Positions 17,429 to 27,384 of a stretch of DNA of 35,927 nucleotides are shown here, piece by piece. The stretch is from Promethearchaeota archaeon (GTDB taxonomy: Archaea; Asgardarchaeota; Lokiarchaeia; Sigyniarchaeales; SOKP01). The stretch is from contig JAFGGO010000040.1 of assembly GCA_016930515.1 (NCBI GenBank), positions 1 to 35,927 on the forward strand, read 5' to 3'. The notes under the pieces were generated by a model. The model was not told the origin of the DNA, did not search any database, and was given only the letters and a program-made list of their open reading frames with translations. Positions within the stretch are counted from its first letter, which is position 1, and each line of letters begins with the position of its first letter. The translations under genes and the position numbers were made by a program.

Positions 17429-17887
17429 ATGTTTTTTCGAAAATTAAACAATTCGCAACTCTGGGAAAAGATAAAAAAACTGCGCGAACTCGTCCAAGAG
17501 ACGGATAATTTCAAGGATAGAAAGTGTTACGCGTGCGAAAAATCCTTGAATATATACGATTTCTTGAGCGACAACCTCGAGTTCGCACCCGAGCACGTGC
17601 TTGACCTATGGCAGAGTCCGTTTCTCGAATTTCATTGTTGTGAATGTTTTAAATACTTGAAATTCCACGAGCTCGAAGCCATTGAAGAGCTCGTAAAAGC
17701 GCGAGAGTGCGCTTTTTGCGATAATACAATCGATCTTTTCAAATTTGGGAAGGACCACAGCTACTTGAAGATTCACGAACTGAAGGAAGAATGGTTAAAT
17801 CTACTGAAGCCCATATTTTGCGATAATTTATGCCAACGCAAGTATTATAAAGAAAAAGCAGAATCATCTACCAACAACTCCCTATAA
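17429..17887 (+). CDS. Hypothetical Cys-rich (putative two-Zn-finger) protein
   Basis: CYAC...CCEC and CAFC...CDNLC in two internally similar halves. Confidence 0.75.
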   Translation: MFFRKLNNSQLWEKIKKLRELVQETDNFKDRKCYACEKSLNIYDFLSDNLEFAPEHVLDLWQSPFLEFHCCECFKYLKFHELEAIEELVKARECAFCDNTIDLFKFGKDHSYLKIHELKEEWLNLLKPIFCDNLCQRKYYKEKAESSTNNSL

Positions 17888-17893
17888 GGGAAT

Positions 17894-18520
17894 TTAAGAA
17901 TTCTTGGTTCTGATTCGCAGTTTAGGGAAAAACTTTGGGACTTCACGCGCATAATTGTTATATTCTTCAGGAAACTCTTTTTTGAGTTCCTTTTCCTCCT
18001 TCCAAGCGACAAGAACGTTGTATAAAAGCACCAAAGGTGTGATAATCGTGGAATAAAACGCAGAAAGCAGGACGCTGATCCCTAAATGTGACAACACCGC
18101 TCCGAGGTATTGCGGGTGCCTGATCCTGGAATACACGCCCGAAGTGACGATCTTGTCCGTCTTGTGGCTTTCAGATACTTTTAATGTGGTTCCTTTCACG
18201 CCAGCAATTCCCAAGTAAGCCCCGAGAGCGATAATTGGTAGGGAAATAATAAGGTGAATTGTTGAAATGGAAAGATCCAATAAAGGCACTAAAAGAGTAA
18301 AATTTTCGGAAAGTGGAAAAAAATACCGCGGTTGGGGCCAAATCCAGAGAAAAAACAGGCACGCAAAAAATCCCCATCCAGAAATCATTCCAAGCGTTTT
18401 TGTAATCCAGTTTCCTTTCCTCGCTCCGTATTTTTTCTGGATTCTCAAGTGTTCTACGGACCAAAAATGAACGGGAAGAAACAGCCAGAGCACGCAAAAA
18501 ATAATTAAAAATGCAATCAA
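17894..18520 (-). CDS. Isoprenylcysteine carboxyl methyltransferase (ICMT/Ste14/PEMT-like) family membrane protein
   Basis: IVTSGVYSRIRHPQYLG, EEKEL...F..EY..Y...VPKFFP; hydrophobic N-terminal half. Confidence 0.9.
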   Translation of the reverse strand: MIAFLIIFCVLWLFLPVHFWSVEHLRIQKKYGARKGNWITKTLGMISGWGFFACLFFLWIWPQPRYFFPLSENFTLLVPLLDLSISTIHLIISLPIIALGAYLGIAGVKGTTLKVSESHKTDKIVTSGVYSRIRHPQYLGAVLSHLGISVLLSAFYSTIITPLVLLYNVLVAWKEEKELKKEFPEEYNNYAREVPKFFPKLRIRTKNS

Positions 18521-18592
18521 GGTTATATTCAGGTTTTATTATCGAGTTTTAATAATGAAAAAAGATAAAAACGGTTTTATAATTTTCTCGTG

Positions 18593-19525
18593 TTATCCTT
18601 TCACGAGGACGGGATAAAGTTGCATCAATTCTTGCATCCTTGCCCTCATCGTTACTTCAGTGATATGAGCGAGCTTGCAGATCTCTTTTTGAAATCTGGG
18701 TTCTTCGCACAATTTTGCCGATAAATACAAGGAGGCAGCTGCGATACCTTTAGGATCCTTTCCAGAGGTCACAAGACCGCGATTCTCGCCGCTTTCTATC
18801 ATTTCAACGGCAACATGCCTGCATTTCATTGATAATCTGAGTTCCTCAGCGAGTTTATCAATGTATCTTATCGGATCCATCGACATGACCCTGTAATTTA
18901 GGAGGGGTAAAACCTTCTCGTAGAGCAGCTTGAAACTACTTAAAAATTCCCTTCGACTGATGTTTATCATCTCAATGATTTCGTCTAATATGAGGGGGAT
19001 GCCATTGATTCTAAAGGCGCAGAATATAGACGCCGATAATATTGCCTCGATACCTCTCCCTCGAGTCATTTTTCGTTTAGCTGCGTATTTATATATAATA
19101 AAAATATCTTTTTCGACGTGATTAGGAATCGTGATCAAAGATTTCAAGCGATTGTATGCTTCGATCGCAATCCATAAATTTCGTTCGTATCCATTAACGA
19201 GCCCTCTATTAATTTTAGCAAGTCTCGTGAAATCCGTTCTCGTTTGTGGCGTGAGATAATTGCCGTTGATGTCTTTGTTCCCAGTTATGACTGTACGTGG
19301 TCCGATTGGCAGGTATACTTTTTCGTTGATTTGCCTGCTTTTTTTTTCCAGGGAAGTAAACGCAACCCTCGGTTTTTTTTCAATTACTCTCGAATGAACC
19401 GTTCCACAATTTACGCATACATTATATCCTCTACTTTCAAGGATGCGTGGATTCGAGCAAAATTTATCATTATTTTTGAGATCTTGATGCGTGCTAAAGT
19501 GGGTTCGCTCGGTTGGAATTTTCAT
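18593..19525 (-). CDS. tfb: Transcription initiation factor IIB (TFB paralog)
   Basis: Zn ribbon VCVNCG; ERNL; RGRGIE...A; GKDPKGIAAASLY; ITEVTMRAR. Confidence 0.93.
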   Translation of the reverse strand: MKIPTERTHFSTHQDLKNNDKFCSNPRILESRGYNVCVNCGTVHSRVIEKKPRVAFTSLEKKSRQINEKVYLPIGPRTVITGNKDINGNYLTPQTRTDFTRLAKINRGLVNGYERNLWIAIEAYNRLKSLITIPNHVEKDIFIIYKYAAKRKMTRGRGIEAILSASIFCAFRINGIPLILDEIIEMINISRREFLSSFKLLYEKVLPLLNYRVMSMDPIRYIDKLAEELRLSMKCRHVAVEMIESGENRGLVTSGKDPKGIAAASLYLSAKLCEEPRFQKEICKLAHITEVTMRARMQELMQLYPVLVKG

Positions 19526-19559
19526 TAAGTATTCACCTCGCTTTTTGTATTCAATATCA

Positions 19560-20042
19560 TTATAATGTACATTTACACGTGCTGGTTACTAAATTAATTG
19601 GAACGATTAAATCGTCATACACATCCAGAATTATTTCCATTTTTATGGTTTTTATATTTGGATTGTTTCTAAAATGATAATTCACGACTTTATCGAGGTC
19701 TTTCAAATTCTCGCTGATAATAATGAACTCAAAGTTGTTCGTACCGCTTAACTCGAACACGCGGAATATATGGGGGCATTGATTAATTATCGGAACGATA
19801 GAATCTGGATTTTTTGTTTTAATTTCTACTTTGGCTAAATACATGTCAATATCTTTTAAACTAACCCCTACATTATACTTTATGAGACCACATTCCTCTA
19901 ATCTCTTAATTCTCTGCCCTACTGTCGGTTGGCTTCGATGAACCTTTTTTGCGATCGTGGTATATGTAATATTGGGCTCCTGCTGTAGGATTTCAACTAT
20001 TTGTCTATCTATTTCGTCTAATTTATAGTTAGTAGCTTCCAT
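19560..20042 (-). CDS. Lrp/AsnC family transcriptional regulator
   Basis: LDEIDRQIVEILQ...IAKKVHRSQPTVGQRIKRLEECGLI HTH; ELSG in the RAM domain. Confidence 0.92.
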   Translation of the reverse strand: MEATNYKLDEIDRQIVEILQQEPNITYTTIAKKVHRSQPTVGQRIKRLEECGLIKYNVGVSLKDIDMYLAKVEIKTKNPDSIVPIINQCPHIFRVFELSGTNNFEFIIISENLKDLDKVVNYHFRNNPNIKTIKMEIILDVYDDLIVPINLVTSTCKCTL

Positions 20043-20441
20043 GTTATATTCTCCATTTTTTTTGTTTTATCCTTATTTATTTAAAATTCTGTGAGATAAA
20101 TGTTATGATCTAGTTTAAAACCATCAATTTTCATGAACTCGTGCTGATCATTAACGTCTTCCAAGTGGATTTTAAGATTTATCTTGTAATCCTCTAAAAA
20201 ATACTTTAGATATACTTGTTTTTCGATTTTATCAAAATTAATGTATTTTTTCATTTTAATCAACTTAATTTTTAAATTTAATTTTATGATTATATTAAAC
20301 AACTTCGATATTTAAATATTGCGGATCAATAATATTGCGATATTGACAAATTATAAATTGTAAGGCTTATATTTATTTATCAAATCTTACGAAATAAGGT
20401 TGAGATCAATACTCTATTGAAAATCAATTTTGGATGTGAAA

Positions 20442-20777
20442 ATGGACGAATTAACAAAAGCATCAGCAGAATTCTTAAAAATTCTAAGCGATCCGTTTAA
20501 ACTGGGGATTGTAAAGTATTTAAAAAAGGGCAGGAAAACGGCAAAAGATATAGAACTCGCCCTCAATATTAGTCAATCTTATACATCGCAGCAGTTAAAA
20601 CAATTAGAGCGTGCTGACATGATATTTCACGATAGGGAAAACAATCTCAAATATTATCACATTAGAAATCACAATATTTTCAGAGTCATTTCAGCCATCA
20701 ATTCCTATGTGATTGAACAACACAAGAACAAGTATACTAAATTATCAGATTCAAACAATATCGATATTTTGAAATGA
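20442..20777 (+). CDS. ArsR/SmtB family transcriptional regulator
   Basis: LKILSDPFKLGIVKYL...DIELALNISQSYTSQQLKQLE wHTH. Confidence 0.9.
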   Translation: MDELTKASAEFLKILSDPFKLGIVKYLKKGRKTAKDIELALNISQSYTSQQLKQLERADMIFHDRENNLKYYHIRNHNIFRVISAINSYVIEQHKNKYTKLSDSNNIDILK

Positions 20778-20821
20778 CTTATTAAATAGATACACGCATC
20801 GTAAAATATTAACTTTTAAAT

Positions 20822-21370
20822 ATGAAGAATGGGGAGAAAAATCAAGATCCTAACAAGAAAAAGATACTCGTGTTAGGTCTTGAAAATAGCGGAAAAACTT
20901 CTTTGATCTTGAATTTTTTGGGTAAAGACAACATAATGGAATATATTTCTTTAGTTCCTACTCTAAAAGATAATATAAATGTTTTACGAAAGGGAGACTC
21001 AAGCTTCGTTTTATGGGAGCTTGGCGGGCAAGAAAAATACGTGAAGGAATGCTTGGAAAATTTTGACAACTACTTGCCTGATACCGAAGAATTATTCTTT
21101 ATCATTGATATTCAAGACGTGGAAAAATATGATAAAGCCTTGAAATATCTCGAAGAGGTCGTGAGTAAATTAAGATCCTCAAAATTAACCATAGAAATCA
21201 CCATTTTTCTCCATAAAAACGATCACGATCTAAGCGAAAAGATCCCCCAAATAACCAATATGGTTGAAAATCTGATATTGAAGATAAAATCCATCGTACC
21301 TGCCAATTTTTACTGTGAAATTTATAAATCGTCGTTATACATATCTTTAGATAAGGTACACATGTATTAA
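20822..21370 (+). CDS. Small GTPase, Arf/Rag-like (Asgard type)
   Basis: G1 GLENSGKTS, G2 PT, G3 WELGGQ, G4 HKND, G5 SSL. Confidence 0.88.
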   Translation: MKNGEKNQDPNKKKILVLGLENSGKTSLILNFLGKDNIMEYISLVPTLKDNINVLRKGDSSFVLWELGGQEKYVKECLENFDNYLPDTEELFFIIDIQDVEKYDKALKYLEEVVSKLRSSKLTIEITIFLHKNDHDLSEKIPQITNMVENLILKIKSIVPANFYCEIYKSSLYISLDKVHMY

Positions 21371-21427
21371 ATGTCATTGGGAAAGGAAAGATTATCATAA
21401 TCAAAATTAGTGAATGGTTAAATTAAA

Positions 21428-21742
21428 TTGAATGGACCCAAAAATCAACTTAAAGAAAACCTCGTAGAGTTTGTCATTGAATCGTGCAAGAATAGGTTGC
21501 TTGAGCAGATCCGAGTGAAAATCCAAGATGGCTTAGACCCTTTTGATTCTTACGATCAAGCTTTAGATGATTTCGAACTTGAAGAGGAAATAGCATTAGT
21601 ATACGACCTTAAAGCAGAAAAAATCCCAGAATTGCCCGAAAAGATGGATTTAATGCCCAACGAAATAGAAGGCATTAAAAAAGAGATTGAAAAAAATCTT
21701 TTTGCTGCTTTTATGAAAGAATTTGTGGAAGAAACCAACTGA
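21428..21742 (+). CDS. Hypothetical acidic helical protein
   Basis: 104-aa Glu-rich ORF downstream of the GTPase, same strand. Confidence 0.6.
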   Translation: MNGPKNQLKENLVEFVIESCKNRLLEQIRVKIQDGLDPFDSYDQALDDFELEEEIALVYDLKAEKIPELPEKMDLMPNEIEGIKKEIEKNLFAAFMKEFVEETN

Positions 21743-21770
21743 GCTAAATTGCGTATATAGTAAGTATGTG

Positions 21771-23012
21771 TTAATTTAAAGCTTGATTGTCAAGTTTTAA
21801 AATCGCTCTTTTTACGAGAAGATAGGCGTGATTTAAAATTTGAATGTCTACTTTATCAGGCGTATCCTTTTTGCTGTGCGTGTATCTTGCGGCAGCTCTT
21901 GTCGTGAAATCAATCGCATCGAATTTTTTCAAATGAAATGGAAGGGAATCGGTATGTGCTCCCACTGGAACGTGAAACGATTTAACTCCTATGTCCAATT
22001 CGTTCGAAGAGATTTCCACGACAGATCTTAATGTAGGTGATATTTTCTTCTTGGGGAAAATGCCATACGATTTGATGTATTGCAAGTAATTATTCTTTTC
22101 CGGCCTAGCCGAGACCATGTCAAAATTAAATTGGAAAGCCTTTCCCATTGGAAATTTTTGTTCAAACCAGTCGATAAAGTTTCTTGATCCCATCGTTCCT
22201 ATTTCTTCTGCAGAAAATTGACAGATCCATAAATTGTAATTGCTTAACGGATTATTCTTAAAGAACGCGCTTAATTCAAAGATTATTGACATCCCCGTCG
22301 CGTTATCCAGGGATCCAGGCGATTTATTTCTTACCTTAAGAAATAGAAGTGCAATATTGGAAGTAATTACTGACGCAGTAGCAATTACGATTCCAATTTC
22401 GAGAAAATAACTTAAATAGATGTTTATTGAGGAAATTTGATGATACTCGAGGAGGTATATGACATATAGGATCGACAAGGATACCTCCCCGTATATCCAC
22501 ATGCGAAAAAATAAAACCCTCCATATTGTTTCATAGGTTTGCGATTTTGAATCCAAATGGGCAGAAACGACGATATTGTTTGCGTCATCTGATGTCATTT
22601 TTTTTGAAGGGATCTTTATAAAGATATTTGTAGCCGAGACCTTTTTTCCCAAATTTTTTTCCCAAAATCCCTTAAGTTCTGGGTGCTTGAAGACCTTATT
22701 CATGGAAAGAAAAATTAAAAGAAAACAAATTACGAACAGATATATTAATATTGGATTGATGTATTTGGCTAATAATATCATTAACAACGAGATAATGTTA
22801 GTGAAAATTACGATTTTTACGAAAATTTCAGAGTAAAATGTTGAGAAGATAAATTCTTGGCGCTCTATTTCTTCCTTTTTAAATCCAATCGACTTAAATG
22901 TTTCTTCAACCACCTTAACGGCTCGTTTTTCTCCTTGTGTACCTGCTAAACGAGGAAAACTAAAGGTCTCAATATGTTTTTTTAAATTTCCTTCAATTGC
23001 ACTTTCTTCCAT
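21771..23012 (-). CDS. M28 family membrane metallopeptidase
   Basis: FPRLAGT, SAHLDS, GSLDNATG, SAEEIG, NFDMV, HTDS, THSKKDT; two transmembrane hairpins. Confidence 0.9.
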   Translation of the reverse strand: MEESAIEGNLKKHIETFSFPRLAGTQGEKRAVKVVEETFKSIGFKKEEIERQEFIFSTFYSEIFVKIVIFTNIISLLMILLAKYINPILIYLFVICFLLIFLSMNKVFKHPELKGFWEKNLGKKVSATNIFIKIPSKKMTSDDANNIVVSAHLDSKSQTYETIWRVLFFRMWIYGEVSLSILYVIYLLEYHQISSINIYLSYFLEIGIVIATASVITSNIALLFLKVRNKSPGSLDNATGMSIIFELSAFFKNNPLSNYNLWICQFSAEEIGTMGSRNFIDWFEQKFPMGKAFQFNFDMVSARPEKNNYLQYIKSYGIFPKKKISPTLRSVVEISSNELDIGVKSFHVPVGAHTDSLPFHLKKFDAIDFTTRAAARYTHSKKDTPDKVDIQILNHAYLLVKRAILKLDNQALN

Positions 23013-23155
23013 GTTATATATTCAATATTCGATATTTAATAATTCTTCGTTGGTAATCATAAAAAATTAAATCTTATCATTATAAAATAGTGGTATCATG
23101 TCAAAATCAATAAAAAAATGAGCTGGGAAAAGAACACCAGTTTAAAATTTAAGGC

Positions 23156-25252
23156 TCATAGCATTATTATTCCCCCAACTAGAATGAAAAGTGGGGCAAA
23201 AGCAATTGAAACGGTGTTAATAACTTTTACGAGTATGTGTAACGACGGACCTGCTGTATCTTTCAATGGATCACCGAATGTATCTCCGACAACTGAGGCT
23301 GAGTGAGCGATAGATCCTTTTCCTCCTAAAAGACCCCCTTCAATCGCCTTTTTCGTGTTATCCAATGCCCCTCCTCCTGTATTCAGTACGAACCCCAAAA
23401 TTATTCCAGAAATCGTTCCTGATATCAAAAAGGCTGCCAAGGCTATTGGTCCAAAAAGAAATCCAATTAAGATAGGGGTTAATGTGCACAACAAGGCCGG
23501 AACGATCATTTGTTTTAAAGCAACCTTTGTGCCAATATCAATGCAACTAGCATAATCTGGTAAGGATTTATTCTGTAAAATTCCGGGATCGTCTCTAAAT
23601 TGACGTTGAATCTCCTTTATCATTCCATAAGCGGATTTACCGGCAGCCTTTATCGCTAAGGCAGAGAACAAAAATGGAATGACGGCACCGATTAATAACG
23701 AGCATAAGATAACGGGGTGATAAATGTTTACATCCGTTGCTTTAATTTCCTCCAAATAGGCTTCAAATAGGATTATTGCAGATAAAGCGGCACAAGTTAT
23801 TCCGAATCCTTTTGCCAAGGCTTTTGTCGTGTTTCCTACAGCATCCAGTCGATCTAAATTGTATCTTACTTCTTCACCTTGATGCGACATTTCGGCAATA
23901 CCCGCTGCGTTGTCTGAGACCGGTCCGAACCCATCGAAAGCTAATATGATTGTAGTGATCGATAAGAGTCCCAGGGTTGCGACGGTAATCCCAAATACTC
24001 CACCTAAATAGGGATCGATACCAATGGCCGTTCCATATTGTTCACCCAAGAAAAATGTGATTATTATGGCAAGAACAAAAGAGATCACCGGAATTGCTGG
24101 TGATTCCAAGCCTAAGGAGAATCCACTAATAACGTTTGTAGCGGCACCCGTTTCCGAGTTTTTAATTACCTCTTTTACCGGCTTATATCTCGAAGAAGTG
24201 TAATAATCAACAATGAAATAAGTTGACAACCCTAAGGCAATTCCAATTAACGCGGATAAAAATAAGTAGAGCCATCCATCATTGAAGCATGTTAATGTCA
24301 TTACAAGGAATATGATGATGTTAAGGCCAGCAGTTATCGAGAGTCCTCGAGCAAACGCAGTTATGGGTGATTTATCACTTTTTTTCATTTTCACAAAATA
24401 ACCACCAAACACCGATGCAAGATTTCCCAACGCTCTTGTGATCAAGGAAAAAACAATGTAAAGGGGATTATTCGTTATCAAGCTCAAGGTTACTCCAATT
24501 ATCATCGCTGCGATGTTGTTTGCTGAAGACGATTCAAAAAGATCGGCACCCCTTCCAGCGCAATCACCTACATTATCGCCCACATTATCAGCAATGGCCG
24601 CAGGATTTCGAATGTCGTCCTCGGGAAGCCCCTGTTCTAATTTTCCGACTAGATCCGCTCCAATATCTGCTCCTTTAGTAAAAATTCCCCCTCCTAATTG
24701 AGCAAATAATGCAGAAAACGACGCACCAAAAGCAAATCCAAGTATGTTTGTCACGGAAAAATTGAAAGTGATATATAGGCTGCTTATCCCTAGCAGAGAG
24801 ATAGAGATGACCGCAACTCCAATGATCATTCCTGCGTTAAAGCCAATCTTGAGAGCACCGGGTAGATCGTTTTTACAAGCTTGTGTGACCTTAACATTTG
24901 ATGTGGTTGATGCTACCATGCTAATGTAACTTGCAACTAGTGAAGTAATGGCTCCTACAAGAAAAGAAATTGCAAGTGGAATGTTGACAAATATTATCAA
25001 TACAAAGAGCACGACCAAAACGATACTTATCGTTTTAAATTGTCTTTTCAGATATGTATTTGATCCAGACCGTATGAGCTCGTGAATCTTAACCATCTCT
25101 TCAGAACCACTTTCAAGTCGTTTTAACTTTTTCATGTGATAAAAAATGTACACTAATCCAATTATTGAAAGTGCTATCGTCAAAGCCATGAAAACCCAGT
25201 ATGCTGAGGCTGTAAGAATGTCCGTGTTATTAAAATCAAAGTCTTGAAACAT
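23156..25252 (-). CDS. hppA: Membrane-bound ion-translocating pyrophosphatase, probably a K+-independent H+-PPase
   Basis: GGGIFTKGADIGADLVGK.E..LPEDD.RNP.AIADNVGDNVGD; GNTTKA (Lys at the K+-determinant site); GDTFGDPLKDTAGPSL. Confidence 0.96.
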   Translation of the reverse strand: MFQDFDFNNTDILTASAYWVFMALTIALSIIGLVYIFYHMKKLKRLESGSEEMVKIHELIRSGSNTYLKRQFKTISIVLVVLFVLIIFVNIPLAISFLVGAITSLVASYISMVASTTSNVKVTQACKNDLPGALKIGFNAGMIIGVAVISISLLGISSLYITFNFSVTNILGFAFGASFSALFAQLGGGIFTKGADIGADLVGKLEQGLPEDDIRNPAAIADNVGDNVGDCAGRGADLFESSSANNIAAMIIGVTLSLITNNPLYIVFSLITRALGNLASVFGGYFVKMKKSDKSPITAFARGLSITAGLNIIIFLVMTLTCFNDGWLYLFLSALIGIALGLSTYFIVDYYTSSRYKPVKEVIKNSETGAATNVISGFSLGLESPAIPVISFVLAIIITFFLGEQYGTAIGIDPYLGGVFGITVATLGLLSITTIILAFDGFGPVSDNAAGIAEMSHQGEEVRYNLDRLDAVGNTTKALAKGFGITCAALSAIILFEAYLEEIKATDVNIYHPVILCSLLIGAVIPFLFSALAIKAAGKSAYGMIKEIQRQFRDDPGILQNKSLPDYASCIDIGTKVALKQMIVPALLCTLTPILIGFLFGPIALAAFLISGTISGIILGFVLNTGGGALDNTKKAIEGGLLGGKGSIAHSASVVGDTFGDPLKDTAGPSLHILVKVINTVSIAFAPLFILVGGIIML

Positions 25253-25547
25253 TTTTATTCCTGTTTAATTAAAATTTTTAAATAATTGATAATCCGTCAG
25301 TCCATTCGAAATTTAAACCTTTGTATGTACAATCTAAAGTTTGCATCGTTCTATTATCTCTCTTACTTTCTTATATGTAAAAAGTACGAGGAAATACTGA
25401 TAAAAAGTCAGAAATAAGCAATGGAATGTTATTGACTAATATTTATTAGAAATAACTTTATAAAGCAAACAAGTAATGGGGAGATTAATCCTTTCATTTG
25501 AGATTAAAGATTTTATATTTAAATAGAATAATACCCGTGTTTACAAT

Positions 25548-27251
25548 ATGACATCAAAAGAGAATCGCAAAATTGCATATTTTTCGATGGAGATCGCCTT
25601 AGAAAGCGGATTTCCAATTTATTCTGGAGGGTTAGGTATTTTAGCGGGAGATACCCTTCGATCTGCGGCCGATCTTCAAATACCCATAGTTGGTGTTACA
25701 TTAACTTACAACGCTGGTTATTTTTATCAAATTATTGCTCCCAACGGAAATCAAGTCGAAAGAGATGTTGAATGGGATTTCGAAACAAACTTCATAAAAC
25801 TTAAAGAGAAAGTCGTTCTCGAATTGCAGGACAAGAGTATCACCGTTGAAGCTTGGAAATATAACATATTAGGAAGAACGGGGCACTTGGTCCCGGTAAT
25901 TTTACTTGACACCGATATCCCTGAAAATGAACCGTGGCAAAGGAACCTAACCCATGTATTATACGACGCAAATCGCTTCCAGAGAGTTGTACAAGAGATG
26001 ATACTTGGCGTGTGCGGTTATAAAATGCTAGAAAAATTGGGTTATTCTCAGATAGAAATATATCACTTGAACGAGGGACACGCCGCTTTTCTTATTTTTG
26101 AGTTGCTCGAGAAATATAAAACGCTTGAAGAAGCGAGAAAACATTGCGTTTTTACAACTCATACTCCCGTTAAAGCAGGTCTAGAGGAGTTCGATTATAC
26201 CCTAGTAAGCGATGTGTTTAGAAATCGGTTACCAGAAAATATTAGAGAATTTGCTGGAAAAAATAATCTAAACATGACAGTTCTCGCCCTTAACGGGAGC
26301 AGGTATGTAAATGCCGTTTCTAAAAAACATTCAGAAGTTTCTCAACAAATGTTTCCTAATTTTAAAATTGATTCCATAACAAATGGTGTTCATGTTGGTT
26401 ATTGGCTTTCAAACTACATGAGATCGTTTCTAAATAATGAACTAGGTAGAAATTGGCATTATAACATTCGCACATTAGATCGCGCTTTGGAATTAGATAG
26501 TTACGAACTTTGGCGCGTCCACCTTAAAGCGAAACGCGACCTCCTTAATTACGAACGTTCTCACTCATGGGTTTTATTTGATAAACGTCTGTTGACAATA
26601 GGATTTGCCAGAAGGATGGCAGAATATAAAAGACCGTTGTTAATTTTTAAAGATCTTGAGCGCTTGGCTAAAATTGCAAAGAATAATATACAATTCATAT
26701 TTGCTGGAAAGGCACATCCCGCAGATGTGCAATCCAAATCTTATATAAAGAGCATTAGCGATTATAGCGATTATTTATGGAATTCCTATAAAATTGGTCT
26801 CGTTTTTTTGGAAAATTACGAGCTAGAGTTAGCAAAGTCATTATTAAGCGGAGTTGATGTATGGTTGAATACTCCAAGAAGATACATGGAGGCAAGTGGA
26901 ACAAGTGGAATGAAAGCTGCGATAAATGGTGTCTTAAATTTCTCTGTTTTGGATGGTTGGTGGATTGAAGGATATGAACTATCGAAGAAGATGGCGGGCT
27001 GGGCTATAGGTCCTTCGCCTACGGATCCTAGCCTTAAAATGTCAAACGACCAATCTGATGCTGACGCCTTTTACGAGATATTAGAAAATGAAATCCTTCA
27101 TACCTATAAAAATAATCCAAATGAATGGCAAGAACGAATGAAATATTCGATCCAATTGGGAGCTTATTTCAATACCAATAGAATGATCGAAGAATACGCA
27201 GATAAGGCTTATTTAATAGAACGACAAGACTTATGGAAGTTAAAAGAGTAA
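25548..27251 (+). CDS. glgP: Alpha-glucan (glycogen/maltodextrin) phosphorylase
   Basis: YSGGLGILAGD, HLNEGH, FTTHTP, GFARRMAEYKR, AGKAHP, EASGTSGMKAAING (PLP lysine). Confidence 0.96.
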   Translation: MTSKENRKIAYFSMEIALESGFPIYSGGLGILAGDTLRSAADLQIPIVGVTLTYNAGYFYQIIAPNGNQVERDVEWDFETNFIKLKEKVVLELQDKSITVEAWKYNILGRTGHLVPVILLDTDIPENEPWQRNLTHVLYDANRFQRVVQEMILGVCGYKMLEKLGYSQIEIYHLNEGHAAFLIFELLEKYKTLEEARKHCVFTTHTPVKAGLEEFDYTLVSDVFRNRLPENIREFAGKNNLNMTVLALNGSRYVNAVSKKHSEVSQQMFPNFKIDSITNGVHVGYWLSNYMRSFLNNELGRNWHYNIRTLDRALELDSYELWRVHLKAKRDLLNYERSHSWVLFDKRLLTIGFARRMAEYKRPLLIFKDLERLAKIAKNNIQFIFAGKAHPADVQSKSYIKSISDYSDYLWNSYKIGLVFLENYELELAKSLLSGVDVWLNTPRRYMEASGTSGMKAAINGVLNFSVLDGWWIEGYELSKKMAGWAIGPSPTDPSLKMSNDQSDADAFYEILENEILHTYKNNPNEWQERMKYSIQLGAYFNTNRMIEEYADKAYLIERQDLWKLKE

Positions 27252-27384
27252 TAGACTAGCGTATTTAGAAAATCAATTGTATACTTGTTACGAGAGAAAC
27301 TTAAATTTTATTATCTAAAGGTTTAAAAATATAATTAAAATTATGTATATTGAATTTTTTTTTAATTAAGATTGGTGAACAAAC

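Noticed and set aside
20093-20103. 11-nt match GAGATAAATGT between the mini-array spacer and the region upstream of lrp
   Set aside because: A match this short is expected by chance in 36 kb of AT-rich DNA; flanks do not extend
20081-20302. 73-aa minus-strand ORF upstream of lrp
   Set aside because: Extremely AT-rich with no motif; cannot be distinguished from a chance ORF, though a small gene is not excluded
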